DNA from: Eledone cirrhosa | Taxonomy: Eukaryota | Length of the DNA stretch: 64,000 bases | Reading direction: 5' to 3' | Assembly (NCBI GenBank): GCA_964016885.1 | Contig: OZ024742.1 | Coordinates: 84,940,001 to 85,004,000, forward strand | In this document: positions 57,241-64,000 of the stretch, piece by piece | How the letters are laid out: the number at the start of each line of letters is the position of its first letter | Position numbering within the stretch: the stretch's first letter is position 1 | Program-made: the position numbers and the translations under genes | The notes under the pieces: model-generated | Database searches by the model: none | Told to the model about the DNA's origin: nothing | The model's input: the letters and a program-made list of their open reading frames with translations, nothing else

Positions 57241-58849
57241 ATATATATATATATATATATTTAGGCTGTTCGAACAAACATAGCTCTATAAATATAAGTG
57301 TGTGTATTTTGTATATACATCTCGCTGGAATATGCTACTTGATGCCCTGCCACTAGTTTCCATCAACTTCTCTTTCAACTTGTTGTCCACGTGCCTGAAT
57401 TAAAGGCCAGTTTAAAAGTGCCTTCTCCATTATACAGTGGTGGGCATGACTGGAACCCGAAACAATTGGTAGCACATATATGTTAAGTGTATGAAAATGT
57501 ATATATATGTGTGTCTGTGTGCGTGTGTGTATATATATATATATATATAAATATGAGTTAAATATTTCAATACATTGGTAAATTGAAATGGAGAAATAAC
57601 TTAAATACTACAATGAAGATAACCTGAGGAAATATATGTTAAGAGAAGTAAAATTATAATACGAAAATTTAAATAAATATGAAATAAATCAACTCACAGA
57701 TCATAGCTTTTTACCATTGTATGATATCATGGGATGATATCATTGTATTATATCCTGTGTGTGTGTGTGTGTGTATGTATATATGTATGAATATCGTCTG
57801 ACACATACATGTTAATACATGCACACGTTAAAATTTATCATAAACTCACATATACTAACTCATTCCTCTCACCGACATACTTTACACACACAAACGAATT
57901 ACTTCAACGCACATAAACAGTACACACATTCAAATTTACATCCACTCATGCATGCTTGTCCACTACCACTAAGACATGGATACACCCATACACTCTCTAA
58001 CTTTGTTACTTTACACATTTTACCTTGCGTTCCAACACTACATAACGGCTTTTTTGTTTTCCTTCTCAGTTTTCGTTTTCTTTGTGCCTGTGTCTTTACT
58101 GGACCTTCTTTCTGTTTCTCCATTGTGATCACGTCTCTATTTGTACTCTTGAAAAAGGGCTTAAGCCCGACACGTCAACTTGTCTTACCTTCATTTGCTG
58201 TTTCCTTGAACTATATATATATATATATAAAACCAGAACTAAATAAACCTTAACATACGTTAATACTCTAACACCTTAACATTCTAACCACACCCCCTAC
58301 ACACGCATAACTCCCTCCCCCATTTCTACTAACGGAATCATTTTCCTACTCACACACACACAAAATATATATATTCTCTCCATCTTAACATGCTAATCAT
58401 ACTCCCACACACACATACAACTCCCTCCCCCATTTCTACTAATAGAATCATTTTCCTACATACACACACACAAACTATATATATTCTCTCTATCTTAACA
58501 TGTTAAACATACTTCCACACACACATACACACACACACAACATATATATATTCTCTCCATCTTAACATGCTAACCATAGTCCCCCCCAACACACACATAT
58601 CACCCATACACACACACAACTTCTTCCCCCATTTCTACTAATAGAATCATCCCCCCCCACACACACGAATACAAATAAACATACATATCCTCTACTTACT
58701 TTATTTCAATAGAAAGTCTGAATTCTGAGACCCCAGCGCACCAGCCATATTTACTGAACCAGAACATTTCTCCCCATCCCATTTCTCTTGAACATTATCT
58801 TTGTTTGCCACAAAATTCTCTAAAAGGCTACAAAATAAATTCCCAAATA

Positions 58850-59336
58850 CGGGCGCGAAATTTAATGAACTTGTTCACGTAAGAGTCATAATTTCATTCA
58901 TAACCAATCAAATTACATTTCATCACATCAGTCATACTCAGATCAACTCTCTTCATCACTTTTTTCTTGACCATTAACTTTTGTTTAGCATAAAATTCTC
59001 TAAATGGATATAAAAAAATTCCAAAACATGGACACGAAATTTTATAACTTGTTCACGTGACAGTCATAATTTCATTTATAACCAGTCAAATTACATTTGT
59101 AAAAAAATGCCTCCGTGAGCCACTTTATTTTAAGTTAAAAAGAAATTCAAGCACAAACTGGCGCGAAAGCTGATGTGCTTATTCACGTGACTGCATCAAC
59201 CAACCAAACTTCAGTCATATATGAAAAACCAACCTGACCCCCCCCCCCCCCCCCCCCACCACCACTCCTTTGTTTGAAGAACATTGTAACGCGATCTGGC
59301 GCGAAATACATTATACGTATTCACCAACCAATCAAA
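58850..59336 (+). promoter_or_regulatory. Four repeated modules of GGCGCGAAA + TCACGTGA + CCAATCA-like motifs
   Basis: Modules near 58851, 59030, 59160 and 59298; inverted copy at 63157-63206; motifs resemble E2F, E-box and CCAAT consensus. Confidence 0.45.
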
Positions 59337-59619
59337 TTACTTCTCTAAAAACCTGGCATTTCGAACCACTTTTTTCCATATAAAACAGAAGTAACATTCA
59401 AAGACCAACCAGATGTGAGAAAAACCACAGACACTCCATGTCAACTCTACTTTTGAAAAGCAGAAGAACTGCGAAACCGATATAGGAACCAAATAAATAT
59501 ATATATTTAAAAAAAAAAGACTCCAGTTGCATTTTCCATTTCATCTTTTTCCTTACACTTTCATTCGTGTAGGACACCTCGGTTATTTTTCATTTTGTAA
59601 AAAAAAACCTCACTTTCAA

Positions 59620-59665
<46 letters not shown>

Positions 59666-59816
59666 ACGTACATACATATTCATTCTTTTGCATTTATCAT
59701 TTTCGGTATTCCCGGCCGACTAACTCACTAGATATGCAAATTAGGCTGCTCAGCCGTTAATATGCATAAGGAAGGTATATACTTTCAGACGTTCAATCCT
59801 CTGACAGAAAGGTATA

Positions 59817-59857
59817 CGATGCTGACGATAGCTAATAAGCTTGAAATTAGTACATCG
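59817..59857 (+). ncRNA. Minimal hammerhead ribozyme (family D)
   Basis: CGATG CTGACGA T-AGCT-AATA-AGCT-T GAAA TTAG TA CATCG. Confidence 0.8.
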
Positions 59858-60515
59858 TTGTGTCAGGTTTGAACAAAAGGGCGACGATCGTTGCCGAGCA
59901 CTGTACGGCGTAATTCGGGCTGTTTGTTTACAAACAAACTGAACATTATAATAACTGTTCGGTAAACCCATACGAACATATACGTATATATAGTTTTATT
60001 AGTTTCACGCCCCATATTAGATAAAAGGTAAAACAATTTGACGTGTCGGGCTTAAGCCCCTTTTCAGGAGTTCAGTACAAATAGAGACATGATCACAATG
60101 GAGAAACAGAAAGAAGGTCCAATAAAGACACACATACACACATACACACAAAAAGAAAACGAAAACTGAGAAGGAAAACAAAAAGCCGTTATGTAGTCTT
60201 GGTAACGTGTAGGAACGCAAGGTAAAATGTGTAAAGTTAGAGAGTTTATGGTATGTATCCTTGAGAGTGTATCCAAGTGTTAGTGTAGAGTGTATTATGA
60301 GAGTGTATCCGTGTGTTAGTGGTAGTGGACAAGCATGTTTGAGTGGATCTACATTTAAATGTGTGTACTGTTTATGTGCGTTGAAGTAATTCGTTTGTGT
60401 GTGTAAAGTATCGGTAGTGTAAAGTATGTATGTGAATGAATGAGTTAGTATGTGTGAGTTTATGATAAATTTTAACGTGTGCATGTATGTGTCAGACGAT
60501 ATTCATACATATATA

Positions 60516-61408
60516 CGAGGTGGGTCAGAAAAGTTCCAGGACTGATGTCACAAAAGATTTATTTCAAACCGAAACTTCGCACTAAGAGTTTTCTCCTTGA
60601 AAGTAATCCCCTGGAGTCTAATGCACTGTTCCATCCTTTTCTGCCACGCTTGCATGCACTCCTGGAAGGATTCTTCCGGGATTCTCCGCAGTTCCGTCGT
60701 CACGGCCTTTTTGATGTCGTCCACGTCTTCAAAACGTGTCCCCTCCGGGGCGTACTCGCAGATCCATTACACATCACCGGTGATGACTGTCCCTACCAAG
60801 TCTGGTTCGGTTTCAAGAAGCTCGAGGATGTCCTGGCACACTTGCATGAGTCGACCCTTCTGGTCATCGTTCAGCAGTTTTGGCACCATCTTCGCGCAGA
60901 TTGTCCGCATGCCCAAATCTTCAGCGATAATCTTCCAGACGCTGTCCCGATTCCTGCCCAGTTCATTTGCCACCAGTCGAACCGTCCGCCAACGATCGCT
61001 ACGCACCATCTGCCTGACGCGCTCAACGTTGACTTCAGTCCTGGTTGTTGGGGGCCTTCCGGTCCTGGGGTCATCTTCCACATCCTCGTGTCCTTCTTCA
61101 AACCTCTTTCACCACTCAAAATCACGTGAGCATGACATCGTCTCATTTCGATACACTTGCTGCAGCAATCCCAGTGCTTCTGACGGAGTTTTCAAGTTTG
61201 TTCGTTGCTGTGCTCATTGCTTGAAGACTTGAAACAGAGGACATGTATATAAAATTATGAAGAAAAAAGTTTGATCGCTGCAGTGTGCTAAGATTACAGT
61301 TACATACCCCAGGGGGAGTAATTTGAAGAAGAAAACTCTTAGTGTGAAGTTTGGGTTTGAAACAAATCTTTTGTGACATCTGTCCTGGAATTTTCCTGAA
61401 CCACTTCG
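60516..61408 (-). mobile_element. Internally deleted mariner transposon
   Basis: TA|CGAGG..CTTCG|TA ends, ~90-bp imperfect TIRs. EDDPRTGRP..CAKMVPKLL..ITGD joined to GTRFEDVDDIKKAVT..WQKRMEQCIRLQGDYF; most of the DD34D domain is missing. Confidence 0.9.
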
Positions 61409-62859
61409 TACATACATACATACACATACGCACACACACATATATATATATCACAGAAAAAAAGAGAATCAGTGTAGCGACAAATGGAATTTATTGGACA
61501 TATTACAATCGTTTCTTTGACGACCAGCTCGAGGCACGATCGATTTGATGATCGAACCAGACTCTGAAAATCGGAAGGTCCTCAGATACGTCTTGATTCT
61601 ACGAAACAGATTTTCCTATGGACTTTTACATCGATATACTTCGCTTGTCGGCTTAGATCCTGTTGTTGTCATTTTATGAGTGGTCAATAATTGTACACGT
61701 CATCGGTATTTCTAGCCACTCATGGTTGTCTACTATTTGGTTCTTTTCATTCTCCACCTGTCAATCAAATATGTTTCTTAGGTCGGAATTACTACTGTAG
61801 TAGGTAAGGGGTTGTATGCTTGAACTGCTGGCGGCACTTCGACGTCTTCACTGTCTTTAGGCGCCCACTTCTACACCGTATTTTATGCGACGATCACCAT
61901 AAATAATGTTTGGAGGCAATTTTTAAATCAAATTAGAAAAATATTTAGCATCACGTTTCAAGAACACAACCCCAGAATAGCTTAAAACATACATATTTCA
62001 AAAAGAAAAACACACTCTGTACAAAGAACGTTTTTAAATGAATGCTTGGAACAGCCTTTCAAAAAAAGTTATTTCGAAGGCATTTTTGGTAAATATACAC
62101 ATATCTACACTCACACACTGTACTCAGGGAAGCGTGTATATTTGAGACGTTGTACATATATACACAGATGAAAAAAAGAAAGATCTACACATAGGCATTT
62201 ATACTATCACACAGAAATGTTCATACAATTACATCCACCCAGACATGTGCATACACGTACGCATGGATATCTGCGTGGATGCACATACTTACATGTACCC
62301 GCGAACGCTCATATCGAGGGCGGATACTTGATGAATACCCTCCCATGGTGCACATATTATTATATGGAACAACTATCTTGAGGCTTGAACCCAACCCGAT
62401 CATGTGACGATATAAGCCTGAAAGTGCATGCATAATATGCATAAATATTATAGCCGCATAGTATCCTTGCGCTAATCACAAATAATTTGGGTGGCACATA
62501 CATATAGAAACATGCCTGTATATACATAAAATAAAATAATATAAAATAAAATAAAATAAAATAAAATAAAATAAAATAAAATAAAATGCTGGAAAAAGGA
62601 ATGTATACATGACTACAATGCAGAGGGGGACCAGACATTATTGGGGTGAGCGTAAAGTTGCATAAACTACTTGAGGGCTGTGGTGCATATGGTTATATAA
62701 TATACATGGGGACTGGTCATCTAAGGTACTGGGTAAGAGTCTGCACATGCTGCATGTCTCATGGCTGGTGGACACATGGGGGGGGGGGGGGGCGTGCGTG
62801 CGTACATAAACAAGTTATATATATTGTGGATGTGTATAACAATTATATATATATAGAGA

Positions 62860-63490
62860 GATATTTAAAAAAAATAAGAGATGTGACACACGAGTTCTGA
62901 TATATTAGTAAAAAGGAAAATACAATGCTGACAAATTTTTCCCAGTCAAAAATAGTTTAATTAGGAATAAGTATAAATTAGTAATCAGTATTAGTTAGTA
63001 TTCAGTTTTAGTTTTAAGGTTTTACCCGTTGCGCATTTCTTATGCTTTTCAAAAATATTTTGAGATAGAGTGCTCGTGATTTTTGCTCTAATCTGATAAG
63101 TTTTGGAAATTATTCCTGTTTTATGTGAAAAAAGTGGCTTGGGAGGCATTAATATTTGGTGGGTTGTTGAATTTCACGTGAATAAGCACTATAAATTTCG
63201 CGCCAATTCGTGTTGCAATAATTTTGAGATAGAGCGCCCGTGATGTTTGCTCTCATCTGATTAGAGCAAACATCACGGGCGCTCTATCTCAAAATCATTT
63301 TTGAAAAGCATTAGAAATGCGCAACCGGTAAAACTTAAAACCAAAACTGAACACTAACCAATACTATTACTAATTTTTACTTATTCCTAATTAAACTATT
63401 TTTCACTGGGAACAATTTGTCAGCATTTTCTTTTCCTTTTACCAATATATCATAACTCGTGTGTTACACCTCTATTCGTTTAAATATATA
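62860..63490. repeat. Diverged foldback (62860-63093 vs 63259-63490); related fragment at 15100-15217
   Basis: Inverted arms read directly; short TA flanks. Confidence 0.75.
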
Positions 63491-63493
63491 TAT

Positions 63494-63769
63494 GTATACA
63501 GACTAGAGTGTGACAAATGCAACAACTTCTACGTAGGTAGCACCACCAGACCACTCCACATAAGAATAAAAGAACACCTCAATACTAACGCTTCCTCATT
63601 TAAGAAACACCTAGTTAAATGCAAAAACACCGACAAAACCATAACAGTTAGGATAGAAACTAAGGAAAGAAACCTCGGCAATCTTAGAATTAAGGAAGCA
63701 CTAATTATAGATAAAACGCAACCACCAATCAATAATAGACTAGAACTCAACACCCAATTTATAACCTGA
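63494..63769 (+). pseudogene. 5'-truncated Penelope-like element: C-terminal GIY-YIG endonuclease
   Basis: VYRLECDKCNNFYVGSTTRPLHIRIKEH..SSFKKHL..RIKEALII..QPPINN has the GIY-YIG signature with CxxC; no stops; begins at a TA run; CA-rich 3' region follows. Confidence 0.85.
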
Positions 63770-64000
63770 TAGGCTTCTATCCCCATATTTACACACCCCA
63801 CACACACACGCACGCACACACACACTCACATACTTACACCTTCATGCATTCTCCCACACACTTAAACAGGCATCTATATAAAAAAACCTAAACAAACCCC
63901 TTTTAAAGGGAGATTACTCTTTATGCACCTAATTTTAACTCTTTGACATTTGAGATAGAACAGATACTCTATACTATTTCCTGTCAGCATGGCTTGGCAA

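Overview
AT-rich eukaryotic repeat-dominated DNA. The SINE types and the density of (TA)n/(CA)n microsatellites suggest a cephalopod/Octopus-like genome (inference). No intact host gene is recognisable. Recognisable elements: a nearly intact R4/Dong-type non-LTR retrotransposon cut by the window start, plus further Dong fragments; two Tx1-type LINEs; a decayed CRE-like LINE; a complete hAT (hATm-like) transposon with an 8-bp TSD; an internally deleted mariner; non-autonomous Helitrons; tRNA-SINEs; and Penelope-like (GIY-YIG) remnants. The main observation is that the many foldback structures embedded in (TA)n tracts are at least nine unrelated families of non-coding elements. Each family carries a type I hammerhead ribozyme motif, about 20 motifs in total. 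Many have palindromic stem III, several have a compensatory U3-A8 core, and several have a U.U pair opening stem II. Several units wrap end-to-start, as expected from a circular or multimeric RNA template. The foldbacks nearly always place the two copies head-to-head with both 3' ends facing outward into (TA)n. I infer a (TA)n-targeted, retrozyme-like system probably mobilised by Penelope-like machinery. All structures were read by eye; ribozyme activity and family names are untested.
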